Assembly: GCF_036971445.1 (NCBI RefSeq) | Contig: NC_091473.1 | Coordinates: 200,818,001-200,882,000 of the forward strand | Direction: 5' to 3' | DNA from: Narcine bancroftii | Lineage: Eukaryota | DNA length: 64,000 nt | In this document: positions 11,972 to 24,579 of the stretch, piece by piece | Numbering within the stretch: position 1 is the stretch's first letter | Layout: every line of letters starts with the position of its first letter | Notes under the pieces: model-generated | What the model was told of the DNA's origin: nothing | What the model saw: only the letters and a program-made list of their open reading frames with translations | Database searches by the model: none | Made by a program: the position numbers and the translations under genes

Positions 11972-14900
11972 TAGACTTCTGGCTGGCGGGCGCATGGAGT
12001 TGGCAGTAGATTGGTGCTCCTGCCAACTTTCAAACATTTCTCACTCAATCATCTTTAATCTTTAACCAAAGTGGTTTAAACTTATCTCCTTCACTATTTA
12101 ATATCATTGTCTTTGGAGATGTCGACTACCAGAGGAACAAAAGCAGCAAAAAAATGGTAAAGAAGATATAGCCCTTCTGACTGCAGACTCTGTCTCAGAT
12201 GTGTTGAAAAAAACAATCACAGGACATAACACGAGAAATAACCATAGAAGGTCAACGATGGATTAATTCTAAGCTTGAGAAGGTTTTATAGCGATTTCAG
12301 CAATTGAAGAGTGTTTGGAAACTGTGGAGGATGGTTTGACCAAATAGATTAGGGGTATCCAAAGTGGTCAATATTGACCCACAGCGGTCAATGCGACCAT
12401 CCAGGGGATCGAAAATGCGGGAGGGTCGATTTAAAATAGTGCCCCCCCCCCACCTGGTTCAGTGCAGTGGGGGGTGGGGGGGGAATGGGGGGAAGAGGAT
12501 GACCTGCCAGGTACCTTTGTGCACCACTGTTAAACTTCCTCCTCATTCTGCATGCGCCAGCTGGCACTGAACATCTCCATCACATTTCCCCCTCATCGCA
12601 TATGTGCCAGCTGGACACACACGGCCTGTGGACCCTGAAATGCTGCATTTAACAGGTGCCCTTTCTGCCTATTAATTTGTCCTCTATTTTGGGCTGTAGC
12701 ATGTAAACACATAAATGGAGGACAAATTAATGTCTGGCTCGAGGTGGGCTAAAACTGGATGTTTGGCCACCTTACACAGCTCCCCACTCCTGTCCAGCCC
12801 CCTCCTATCCAGCCCCATCCCCCCCAATCCATTAACGGGATTCCATGCCAGGGGATCGAGGAGGAACCACATAGTCCTCGAAGGGGTCGAAGGTCCAGGA
12901 ACTTTTGGAACCCCTGGTATAGATTAGCTGGATACTCATTGTGAAGTAATGCCTGCCTCCAACTCCAAGTTGGCCTGGAAGGTGTTGATTAGGAGAGTAG
13001 GAATGGACGCCACAATAATCAGATCCTGGGCTGAAAGGAAGACACTGAAAAAGGCCAGTTAACTGACTTCTCAAATCTACTCGTGGTAGTGTTTGGAAGA
13101 GAGTTTTTTTTGCTACTAAGCCCAAGTTCAACAGAGCACGTCGATCTCTGGTTCCCATGGCAACCTCGGAACATCGTTCATGTTCGGTAATTCTTCATTT
13201 TCATTATTACTAAGTAAAGGATCATGTTATTCGTGAAGCTCATCCAATCAGAAATTTGAATGATCAGGGTCAACAAATTAGATTTGTGGAAGATTTTTGC
13301 CATGAAGTTGTGGAGATGCAGAAAGCTTACAGAGAGATTATGAAAGGATTTAGATCCCATTTCGTCTGTGGATCACCTTGGAAAACAGCCACGAGAAATT
13401 TTTAAATTTGGTGGATGAAGCTTAAAAAGTTTTGGTTTATTCTGTTCCAACTGCAATTTTAATATGAATAATCTGTGCCTGAAGTTTTTTTTTTGTCTTG
13501 AAGGGGGCTCTTTTGTCGAATGGGGAAGTCTAACCACTCGTTTCTTATGTCAATTGAGGGGTAAATTAATGTAATAATAACGTGGTTTTTATTTTAATTT
13601 AGTTTAGTTTATTTTGTTTATCTTTGATATTAATGATTTAATAGATTGTATTAATCTTACTTTATTAATGTTGACAGTATTTGTCTATGTTGCTTATTCA
13701 TTAACAGTGCAAGATATAATGTATGTAGTTTATTATTCAAACCCACTTGGGTTTGTGCAGCTCGTTTATTCTAGAACCGTAGGGAACTACGGTCAGCATT
13801 GAAATAACGAATAACGGATATGCGCTTCATCTAGTTTAGTTAGGGAAACATTTTATAATAAGCAAATACAAGTTCTAGTCTTCATGTTACTGAGTTTGGT
13901 ATGTTAAATGTAGATTTTTATAGTTTAAGGAGCCTTTTTAATTACAACCGATTTGATATTATTTTGAAGGTTTAAGGCTCTTTTAACAAATTTTGTTGTT
14001 TGAGATGTTTTGAGTTTTTTAAAAATCCTAACAATAGAGAATTTTTTTTGAAATGTACATCGTCCCTATACTCACATTGATTATTTTTTAATAATCAACT
14101 AATTTCATTGACTCAATCATGTGAATCAAGGAATAGTGATATCTGATCATCTCCTGATATCTTGTCTTGGAATTTTCCCAACATTCCTTTTACAAAGAGA
14201 CGTTGATGTTTTAATTCTACCTGACGCTCATATAATGATGTTTTGAATTTTATGGAAGAGCAAATCCAATTGTTCTTCACTACAAATTCTACTCCAACAA
14301 TTTCTAATCTGATTGTCTGGGTCACTCTGAAAATATATCTGAGGAGGCAAATTATTTCTTATACAGCTAATATAAAGATGTCTAATAAGGAAAGATTAGA
14401 TTTAATCAATCAGATTAAACAATTGATTAACAATGTGCACGACAAAAACCCCAGTTTATGTAAAGAACTAAAAAATAAATTTCATCTTCTTTCTACTTAT
14501 CCCATTGAACAGCAACTTTTGAAGAGTAAGGGTCAGTTCTACATCCATAGTGAGAAGGCTGGTAAATTTTTCTCCAGCCAATTGAAAGCAATGGTTGCTA
14601 AGAGACAAAGTAATAAGATTCAGATGGAACATCTGTGGTCACTAGACCATTGTGAAATAACTTATACTTTTAGAGAATTTTATTCCAGATTGTATACTTT
14701 TAAATCTAACAATGATAGTACTTCAATGTTGGATTTTCTGGATCACCTTAATTTATCTATGCTTTCTCAGAATAATCGTATGGGTCTGGAAGTGCCTATT
14801 TCTCAAGAGGAAATACTTTTTGCAATTTCCTCTTTACAATCTGGTCATTCTCCAGGACCTGATAGGAACACTGTGAAATGTTATAAATCCTTTTCCAAAT

Positions 14901-16222
14901 TGCTTGTACCCCAATTAAGTTAATCATTTACAGCAGTCAAAACCTTTTAATCTTCATTTGGGTACTGGTCAAGGATGTCCTTTAAGTCCATTACTTTTTA
15001 ACTTGGTATTAGAACCTTCAGCAATTGCTCTTCATGAAAGTAGAGATTTTATAGGGATTCTTTGGAAAGGTATTGAACACAGATTGGATATTTAAAGTTT
15101 TAAAGAATTTTTATTCAAAAAAATTTTGCTTCCTTTCAACAATTGGTGGTAAAATTTAATTTAGCAAATACTTATTTTGTTAGATATTTATAAATTACAC
15201 ATTTTGTCCAATCTCAGATCCCTGACTCTCCGTGAATCCCCGAGGCAAACATCTTTGATACACATTTTGATTTACAACTTTCTCATAAAGGTTTAATATC
15301 TTACTATAATTGCTTAGTTAAACTCAAGAGTGATTGAGTACAGGATTTCAATCTTTCTCTCTGGGATGAGGTTTGTGCCTCTATTTGGAATCTGATTAAT
15401 ACGACCTCCTTTTGTTCACCACTTTTTTGCAATTTAAAGTGGTCCATAGAGAACATAAAATTGGCTGTTTTTTATTCAGATATTTTATTCTCTATATGAC
15501 AAATGTAAAATTGGAGATGCCTATTTGGTTCACATGTTCTGGAGTTCCCATGTTTAGAAATATTTTGGAAAGCTATCTTTCAAACACTATCGGTGATTAT
15601 TAAATTCAAACCTTGCACTTTAATTGCTTTGTTCAGATCATTTCAGGATGATTATGTTTTACTGACTCCAACTCAAACCAAAATTTTATCTTTTACTTCA
15701 TTGATGGCCAGACGTGCAGTTTTGATGAAATGGAAAGACAATTCTCCAGCTCCACAGTGATATTATGTCTTAAGTTAGAAAAAAATAGAAATTCCATTAA
15801 AGAATGAAATACTAACTTTCAAAAGACATGGGGTCTGTTCGGACTGTTCTGAAGCTTTGGTTCTGTGCTGTCCATCTCCAGGCTATTGTCAAATGACTCC
15901 TACATGTCATCTTTGAACCTTGTTCAGTGGGATGGTTTCTGGATTGGAAGGGTTTCTGTTTTTCTCTTTCTTGAATTTGACAATACAATATATAATTGTC
16001 CTGTTCAATTGTTTATAATCGAAACAACAACAAAATATTTTTAAAAAGAAAGAAAAAAGGTTTATACTATTTAGGATATGAATTATGGATCTCATTTATA
16101 ATTTATGTCTGTTAATGATATATGATAAACTATTTCATTTATGTAATTGTTCATATTGAATTGTACCCTTTTTGCTAATATGTTCTTTATTAAAACCAAA
16201 TAAAAATATTACAAAAAGAAAG
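11972..16222 (+). mobile_element. Old degenerate, internally deleted L1-like LINE inserted in the ZNF 3' region
   Basis: 9-bp TSD aacatcact (11963-11971 / 16223-16231); ORF2 remnant 14243-14923 (...SPGPD...KSFSKLLVPQL); AATAAA-like signal and A-rich tail; empty site visible at 33770-33800. Confidence 0.85.
12350..12916. mobile_element. hAT-type non-autonomous element nested in the L1
   Basis: Ends taggggtatccaaa / tttggaacccctg; partially matching 8-bp flanks aaatagat / gtatagat. Confidence 0.55.
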
Positions 16223-17998
16223 AACATCACTCACTCAAACACCAGGAGGGACTGGAGTCTTGTGGTTATTGAGGAAACAAATCAAAACAGGTCCTGGTTT
16301 TGTTGTCGATTTGCAATTTGTTTTCAGGTTCAAGTTTATTGTCACATGTACAAAGATGCAGTGGGGAAGATTGTTTTGGACCAGTCCAGCTGTACATCCC
16401 GTACATAGTCCAGCAAATAAATCACGTTGAAGGAGTGCAAGTTCCAGGGACAGATCAATGTTAGTGACTCACATTAAATGTTTTTTTTTTAATTAACAAT
16501 ACATAATGGTTGAAGGGTCTCCCGCCCATGAAACCCATGTCACCCAATTAACCTACCAATCACGGTGAGAACATACAGGATTGGATTCGAACCTGGGTAG
16601 TTGGTTGGATAGCGCTTTCAATGCTCCTGTCAATGGCTTTCACCTATTCACTGAAATCCAAACTCAACAGGCTCAATGGCTGTCTTAGTTACCCATAGTC
16701 CCCCACGCAGCTGGACCCGTTATGCCTGTGCCAAGTTATGCCGTTAAAGCGCGCACTGTCACATGCACCCACAAATAAAACCACATTCGGCAATGCATCA
16801 CAAATCAGTATAAATGCACACACGGCTGCTCCAGCAAATAACCAACACAAAGTGGTAGCTGGGAAACAAGGTGTGAAACTCATCCGTCTGCCCCTGTTGG
16901 CTGGAGATGCCTGGCCTGCTCGGTTGGTTTGGAACCAGGCAGGAACCTAGCGTGAAATCCATTAGATTGGTAAAACACTCCTGCTCATTTCTCTATGAGT
17001 TCTGTATAAACGAGACACATAATCAATCATATAAGCTGTACTGACAATAATCACAACAGCAGTGCGAGTATAAGACAGCTTTAATAAACTAATATGTACA
17101 CTAAGAGGTCTTGTCCCTCTGCAAGACAAACCTGGAAGGCTACACTGTAGCTCTGGACTGCTTTATATACAAGGTCACCGGGGTGACCCCTGGTAGCTTA
17201 GTGGTGTAATTACATATCATCACATTAGCTTTAAAAAAACATTTTGCTGCATTGGCGATTTGCAATGAAATGGCCAGTGTGGGATGACCTGTCACATCCC
17301 AGAGAGAACAGCATTTGAACCACCCCTCCCCAAATAAAGCTTTTCCGAATTCAATCCTTTCAAAGCACCTACCTCCCAAACTCAATTCTAAAAAAAATCT
17401 CTATTAAATTTTATATGGCATGTCTTTAAAAAAAGAAATCATGCTTTCAAAATCGCTCATCAAATATTGAGGTTAATATATAATGGATCATTTCAGACTC
17501 TGACGATGCTCAGTGACTGACGGTACATTATATTCATAAACACTGCCTGACTGATACGTGATGCAGACCAAAGAACAGGTAACACTGAACACAACATTAA
17601 CCAATTAAAGTATTAATTTCTCCCTCAGTTGCACCTTGGAGGGAAATGGATCAGGTGCAGGGAGATGGGATTAGCCCAGAAGACCATGTTACATTGACTG
17701 GTTGGGGTGAAGGGCCTGTCCCACAGTTTGACTTTATGAACATACCGTCCAATATGTCCTGCACCCAATGGCCCTATTCCCAACGTTGCCGACGTCCACT
17801 AATCACTGCACCTGGTGGTTCATGCCACTTGGTGACACCTCCTTCCTCCCCATTGGGCACCATGACATTTATTTCCCTGTGGGGGGTTGACAGTAGAAGT
17901 AGTGGAGATAAAAGAATGATGTTGGAAGATGCTCCACTGTTGGCTTCTGGGCGAGCTGGTGGGGGCAGGATCTTTCTCCATGTCCGACCTATTTAGAT

Positions 17999-18150
17999 CA
18001 GTGGTTCTCGGCCTTTATTTTTCCACTCACTCCAACCTTAAATAATCCCTGATGACCCACAGAGCATCTATTCTATGGCACAGGATGTCACAAGTGCTCT
18101 GTGGGTCATCAGGGATTATTTAAGGTGATAGATGAGTGGAAGAATGTTGA
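17999..18150. mobile_element. Palindromic hAT-like MITE
   Basis: Starts cagtggttctc; contains a perfect 32-bp inverted repeat 18035-18066 / 18095-18126. Confidence 0.6.
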
Positions 18151-18689
18151 GTGAGCTAAACTCTTGAAGCGAGATGAGATGAGTCTTTGGACAGCAGGAA
18201 TTTGGTGGGCTGAAGGGTCTTCCCCACACCCTGGTTTGTGTTGAGAATCTTCTGCGTTTCCACTGGCAGCCGGACGGAGGCATCCGAGTCAGAGGTTCTC
18301 AGCTCATCACAGGGGGTCGGAGCGGAGCAGCCAAATGGGCGAGGGTTAAGGTGAAGGGCTGATGGGTGGGCAAGGAGGGGAGAGACGGACAGTCTAGCAG
18401 CCAGGGAAACGCTGGAAGGGCCTCATGGCTCGGAGCGTGAAGGAGAGGGTGAGGGTGAGGGGAGGGGAGTGGTGAATGGGCATTTCGGATTAATTCAGCT
18501 TATTTTCTCCCCGCTGGGGATGGAGGGGTCCTCATCCCGCTGTGCAGGGAGAAGGCCCCGTCCCCTGACCCACTTAGCACATTGAGGTTGCTTATGCCGG
18601 GTGGGTGACCGACCATTGAAACCCGGTGCAGATGTGGGGAGGAAGGTTGGTAAATGCCTCATTATATAAAGAGGAAACGGGACTATTTT

Positions 18690-19080
18690 ATGCTGGAGCA
18701 TGACACTGCAAGACTGTGTGAGTTGCATCACACTTGAGTGGTGAGCATGCTCAGTGCGACACATTGTAAGAGCCACATCAACTGAGTAGTGAGCATGCTC
18801 AGTGCGACAGTGTATTAATACATGACCAGTACTGATGTGTGTAAAGTTTTGTACTTCTAAATTTACAAGCTTTTCTTAATGTTTATTAAGACCTCCGATG
18901 GTACAACTGAGGACATAACATGGTGGCAGTGGTGGGATTGATAGAAACCCACACCATATAGAAAAAAAAATCCCTTTAAACTAAAATAAACACAAAGAGA
19001 ACAGCAGCAGTCATGGACTGGGAAGCTGAACTTTAAAAAGTTCAAGCAAAAGTGCGACCTGGCATTCAAAAGTCTCATCA
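18690..19080 (+). mobile_element. Gypsy LTR end, PBS and gag start remnant
   Basis: ...cataaca followed by PBS-like tggtggcagtggtgggat (tRNA-Leu type) at 18921; gag-like MDWEA...KKFKQKCDLAF from ~19013. Confidence 0.55.
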
Positions 19081-19532
19081 AGGGCATTTCGGATTAATTC
19101 ATCCCATTTTCTCCCCACTGAGCATGGGTCGCTCAGGCCAGGTGGACGACCGACTGCCAGAATCCGCTGCAGCTACGGTAGACGCGGGGAGGAAGGGCTG
19201 CAAATGCCACCCCCCCCCGGTTCCTGCAGCACTGTGGGTCGGGCCGCGGACTCTCCCTCTGGGCCCGACCCGGTGATCGGCCATGTGCGGATAACCCTGG
19301 GCGCCGCCCAACTTTGTATTATGCATGCACAGGGACAAAACTCTTCGCTGCTTTCAGCTTCCTCGGACCTATCTTATCAGGGAGTGAAGGGAGCAGAGGG
19401 TCCCAGCCTCAGTGTTGACTTAACCCGCGGCCCAGCTCTCCAGGACCCTCCATCGGGCTGAGCCTGCGCTGTGGCCCCGAGGCAGGACTGTATTGATTTA
19501 TCCCCTGGTCACATCCTCCCATCCTCACAGTG

Positions 19533-19930
19533 ATGAACCCGTTTCTGTGCTCCAACTGCAGGAAGAACTTTAAAAATGTCGAGTGAGGTAATTAAACATG
19601 GTGGTCCACACCAGGGAGAGCCCCTTCACTTGCCCCGAATGCAGCAAGGGCTTTGTCTAGGCCACCTACCTACTGACCCACCAGCGGGTCCACACTAGGG
19701 AGAGGACGTTCACCTGCCCTGAGTGTGGGAAGGACTTCACCCAGATCTCCATCCTGCAGATGCACTGGCAGATCCACTCTGGGGACAGGCCTCCTGCTGC
19801 CAAGGGCTCCACCAAGACCACCAACTTGCTGACCCACCAGGGGGTCCACAGCGGTGAGGGACCCTTCACTTGCTGCAGCAAGAGCATCACCCTGTCAGTC
19901 GGCCTGTGGTAGCACCAGTGGGTCCACAGT
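19533..19930 (+). pseudogene. C2H2 ZNF pseudogene
   Basis: Same acceptor and MNPFLC start as the other copies; early stops and frameshifts; paralogous 5' segment at 19400-19530. Confidence 0.85.
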
Positions 19931-19944
19931 GAGTCAGATTGCTG

Positions 19945-22900
19945 ATATGACCCCATATCTCTATCATAAAGAAGAGAAGATTGCAAAAACCAGAATTTAT
20001 TAGTTTTTTAAAGCATCAAATTGAAATTTTTATTGGTATTAACTGTAATTCTGTTTCTAGTCATTTTGTTTTATGGGATGCAATAAAAGCTTTTTTGCGA
20101 GGCCAAATTATCAGTTATGCCTCTAAAGTGAAGAAGGAGAGAATTAAAGAGATTGAAGACTTAGAGAAAAAGATAACTGCTACTGAAAAAGAATTTCAAA
20201 AACATGCTACCGAAACGCAAAAGAATCAGTTAACTAATTTAAAATTTAAATATAATGAATTACAAACATATCGGTTTGAATGTTTAATGAATCGAACTAA
20301 GCAAACTATCATCATTATTTAAACTATTTAAACTCTTCTCAAAAAAAATAATAAAAGATTAATTTTTTTAAATCAACGTTACCACTTCGGTCACCATTGC
20401 TTCCATTTCTTTTAAAAATCTGGATCCAACCTTACATCTCTTACATCATTCCTGAAACTGCATGATTAGTAAAGACTGAGCAAAGTCCATAGCCTCTTTA
20501 GGATTATCAAAGAACTTTGGCTGATTTCCATCCTGAAAAATCTTCAGTACCGCAGGATACCTGAATGTTGCCTTATGTCTTTTTTTCCACAACCGTTCTT
20601 TCACAGAATTAAATTCGCGTCGTTGAAACATAATTTCTTGACTCAAATCTTAATAGAAGAAAACAGGATTATTCTGAACCTTCAAAGGAGATCTATTTTG
20701 CTGGGCATTTCTAATAGCCGTACGTAAAATTGTCTCTCTGTCACAATAGTTTAAACAACGGATCAGAACAGGTCTTGGATTCTGTCCTGAAAAAGACTTT
20801 CTTCTTAAAACTCTATGAGCAAGTTCCAGTATTAAACCTTCAGGGAATTTATCCTGTCCTAACACTCGTGGAATCCATTCAGTAAAAAAATTTTCTTGGA
20901 TCTGATCTTTCTATGCCTTCTGGCAAACCAACAATTTTCACATTGTTCCGTCTAGATTGATTCTCCAAATAATCAATCTTTTTTGCAAAATTTTTATTTT
21001 GGATCTGCAATGTTTCAATTATTCTATTTTCATCTTGCAGTTGATCCTATGCATCGACTAAACCTTGATCACACATTTCAAATCTTTCAATGGTTTCAAG
21101 CTTAAAAGCTCCATTAATGACTTCCGCCATCGCATTAATCTTAGAAATAAACAGGTTCACAAAATTAACTAAGTGACTCGATACAGAATATATCTTATCT
21201 TCAAGATCCTTAACAGACATTTCAACAGAAGTAGATTCAGGCATAATGGGGTCTTGCTGTTCCTTAGAGACCACGGGATCTTCTGTCCCTTCCCTTAATT
21301 TAGTATCTTTTCTAGCAGTTTGACTTCATATAAAAATCCCTCTCAAAGTCCCCCCAGCAATGCCAGGAGACTGAAGATCAGGGTTATCTTTAAGCCAAAT
21401 CTCTTTAATCATCTTCACTGAATCGATGTCTGGAAAAACCGTTGTAATTGAAGATGCATTTTGCAGCACCACCACTGTAGCAGTCGAATGACAGCTCTTT
21501 AACTCTCCAGCTGGTGGCGCCCCAGCTGATTCAACTGTCAAAGTCTCAGTAACAGCACTCACAGTGGCCGTTGTGTGAAATACTGGCACCCATCCAGCTC
21601 TTTGTTCTGAAAGCTGTTGAATGCGACCTTCAGAGAGCCTTACCGGTTTAAAATGGAGTTTCAATGCCGAATTCTGTACTTCTTCTTCTGGATCCATTCT
21701 ACGTTAAGTCCTGGCTTCTTGTAAACAAGTAGGCTCAGATAATTTCAGAAAATGTAGTTTTTTAACAGTCTGTGGATGTTTTCGTTTACCTTTTTTTTGC
21801 ATATAAACCATTAGGTATTAATCCAGCACCTCTTATTATTTATAAACTTTTAAAAGAACTTTAACAGGCACTTAAAGACAAAACAATAAATCAGAGTCAG
21901 GAGAGGTCTGGAAGGCACGTCTGTTCCCTACGCCATCTTGCCACGCCCCCCCCCCCCAACAAACCTATAATACTTTTCAATTACCTTAGTCTTGTTCTAA
22001 CGCAATAATTACGGTTATACCAAAAAAAGATAAAGACCCTTTACAGGTTTCTTCTTATAGACCAATATCGTTGTTAAATGTAGATTATAAAATTGTAGCT
22101 AAAATTATGGCTAATAGATTAACTCAATATCTGCCTAAAATTATACATGGTGATCAAACGGGATTTATAAAAAATAGGTATGCGTCAGATAATATTTTAC
22201 GGTTAATAACTTTGATAAATAAATCTAAATTTCAGTTGAATTATCCAATAGTGGTTTCATTGGATGCAGAAAAGGCTTTTGATAGAGTGGAATGGAAGTT
22301 TCTGTTCAAAGTACTTGAGAAATTTAGTTTTGGTTCTTCATTTATTGGATTGATAAAGGCTTTATATAATAGCCCGAAGGCTAGAATTGCTGCTAATGGC
22401 CAAATTTCAGAATATTTTAGTTTGACAAGATCTACTAGACAAGGATGTCCGTTGTCACCTGCTTTATTTGCTATAGTTATTGAACCTTTAGCACAATTAA
22501 TACGTCAAAATGAAAATGTTAAAGGTATGAGAGTTCTGAATGAGGAATACAAGATTAATTTATTTGCTGATGATGTTTTATTATATTTGGTGGATCCGGA
22601 TACTTCTTTACCTGCAATTCAAGAATGTTTAGAAATTTATGGCCAATTATCTGGTTATTAAGTAAATTGGGCTAAAAGTGAAATTTTGCAAATTTGTAAA
22701 GATGATTATTCAGTGTATAAAAATATTACAAATTTGAAGTGGACTACACAAATTAAATATTTAGGAATTAATGTTAATACGAAATTTCAAGAATTATACT
22801 CAATTAATTATCTTCCTTTAATAAAAGGGATTAAATTAGATTTGATTAGGTGGAGGGATCTACCTTTGGGTTTACTAGGGAGGATTAATACCATAAAAAT

Positions 22901-24575
22901 GAATATTTTTCCTAGAATACAATATCTGTTTCAATCAATTCCTTATTTTTTTTTTTTAAAAGTTTTTTAAGGACTTATATAAAGCGATTAGAGAATTCTT
23001 ATGGAAGGGAAAATTTCCGAGAGTAGCAATGAGAAAATTGATGTGGGATTTTCAATTTGGAGGTTTAAGATTACCGAATTTTCAGTATTATTACGAAGCA
23101 GCTCAATTTAAATTTCTTAGTGCATTAATGAATATGGACGACCCACCTAGTTGGGTAAAGATAGAAATGGTGGTTATTTTAGAAAAATTTCCTCATGAGT
23201 TTTTGTTTCGATGGAATAAAAATTTAGTATGAACTTATGATGTGCCAATATTGAAACATTTATTGAATTTATGGACAACTTAAAAAATTGGGACTTAAAA
23301 ATATATATTCTGGAAGATTGCCATTATATAATAATCAACTTGTTCCTTTTACGGTCTCCAATGCCACTTTGAAACAAAGGGAAAAGAAGGAAATAAAAAA
23401 TTTATCTGATTGTTTTTCTGAGGGTTGTTTTTGTTCCTTTGACGAATTACAAAGGAAATATGGTATTAGTGGAAATTCTATATTTGTATATTATCAATTA
23501 AGATCTTTTGTAAAACAGTTATGTGGTCGACATATGATTTTATTACCTGAATCTAGTTTTGAAGAATATGTACTTTCAATACCAAAAAAGGGATATATAT
23601 CTGATTTGTATTGTATTTTAAAAGAAATTGATAGTAAAAAAGACTGGGATAAAGATAAGTTGAAATGGGAAAAAGATTTAGGACATAAAATAGCTGAAGA
23701 AGCTTGGATGGAAATTTGTCAGAATAGTATTCGGAAATTAATTAACGCTAGACTAGTGATGATTAATTATAATTTTATTCATCAGCTATATTTAATGCCA
23801 GAGAAATTAAAAAAACTTTGTCTTAGTAAGTTGGATTCTTGTTTTCGATGTGATCAGACAGCCAATACTTTTTTGCATATTGTTTGGCTTTGTGATCGAT
23901 TGCAACAGTTTTGGAAAGGTATTCAATCTATTTTTAACAGTTTATATAATATCCATCTTGTTTTAGATCCCGATATATTTTTATTAGGGAACATGCAATC
24001 ATTAATTGATTTAGGTTTAGAGGATTACCAGATTTCCTTTATCTATTTAGCTTTAGTCGTGGCTAAGAAATGTATAGCACTTACTTGGAAAGATAAAAAT
24101 ATATTAACTTTAGATAAGTGGTATTTGGAGATGAAATTTTGTTTGACTATGGAAAGGATATCTTTTTCAATTCAGGATGGGATGTCTTTTTATAAGTTAA
24201 AGTGGACTCCATTTGCTAATTATATGCATTTAAGTTTGATTTAAATATATGTTTAAGCGTGATATTTTAGTATTGATAAAAAAAATTTTTGTTGTTAGAA
24301 TTTTTTTTTACGTAAAGTTTTATCTATTTGTAAGTGGGTACTTTTTTTCCATATATAATATTGTTAATTTTATTAACTCTTCACTCTTTATTTTGGGGGG
24401 GGAGGGCTGGACTAATTTTAAGTTAGATTACTAATATTGTGTTACAATTAACGGGGGGGGTGGGTTATTTTGTGTAGTTTTTTGATATAATATTGTAATC
24501 ATACCATTTTAATTTTTTTGCTTTTAAATGTAATTCTCTATTGTATTCATGTTATAAAATTTTAAATAAAGTCTT
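19945..24575 (+). mobile_element. L1-like LINE with inverted 5' UTR and ORF1 (rearranged insertion)
   Basis: Sense ORF2 piece 19945-20320; antisense ORF1 and 5' UTR 20325-21957 (ELAHR, RPVLIR, RYPA motifs; YY1-like aagatggcg at the 5' end); sense ORF2 22000-24244 (DAEKAFDRV, TRQGCPLSP, FADD, CxxC knuckle); AATAAA and A tail ~24565-24590. Confidence 0.9.
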
Positions 24576-24579
24576 CAAA

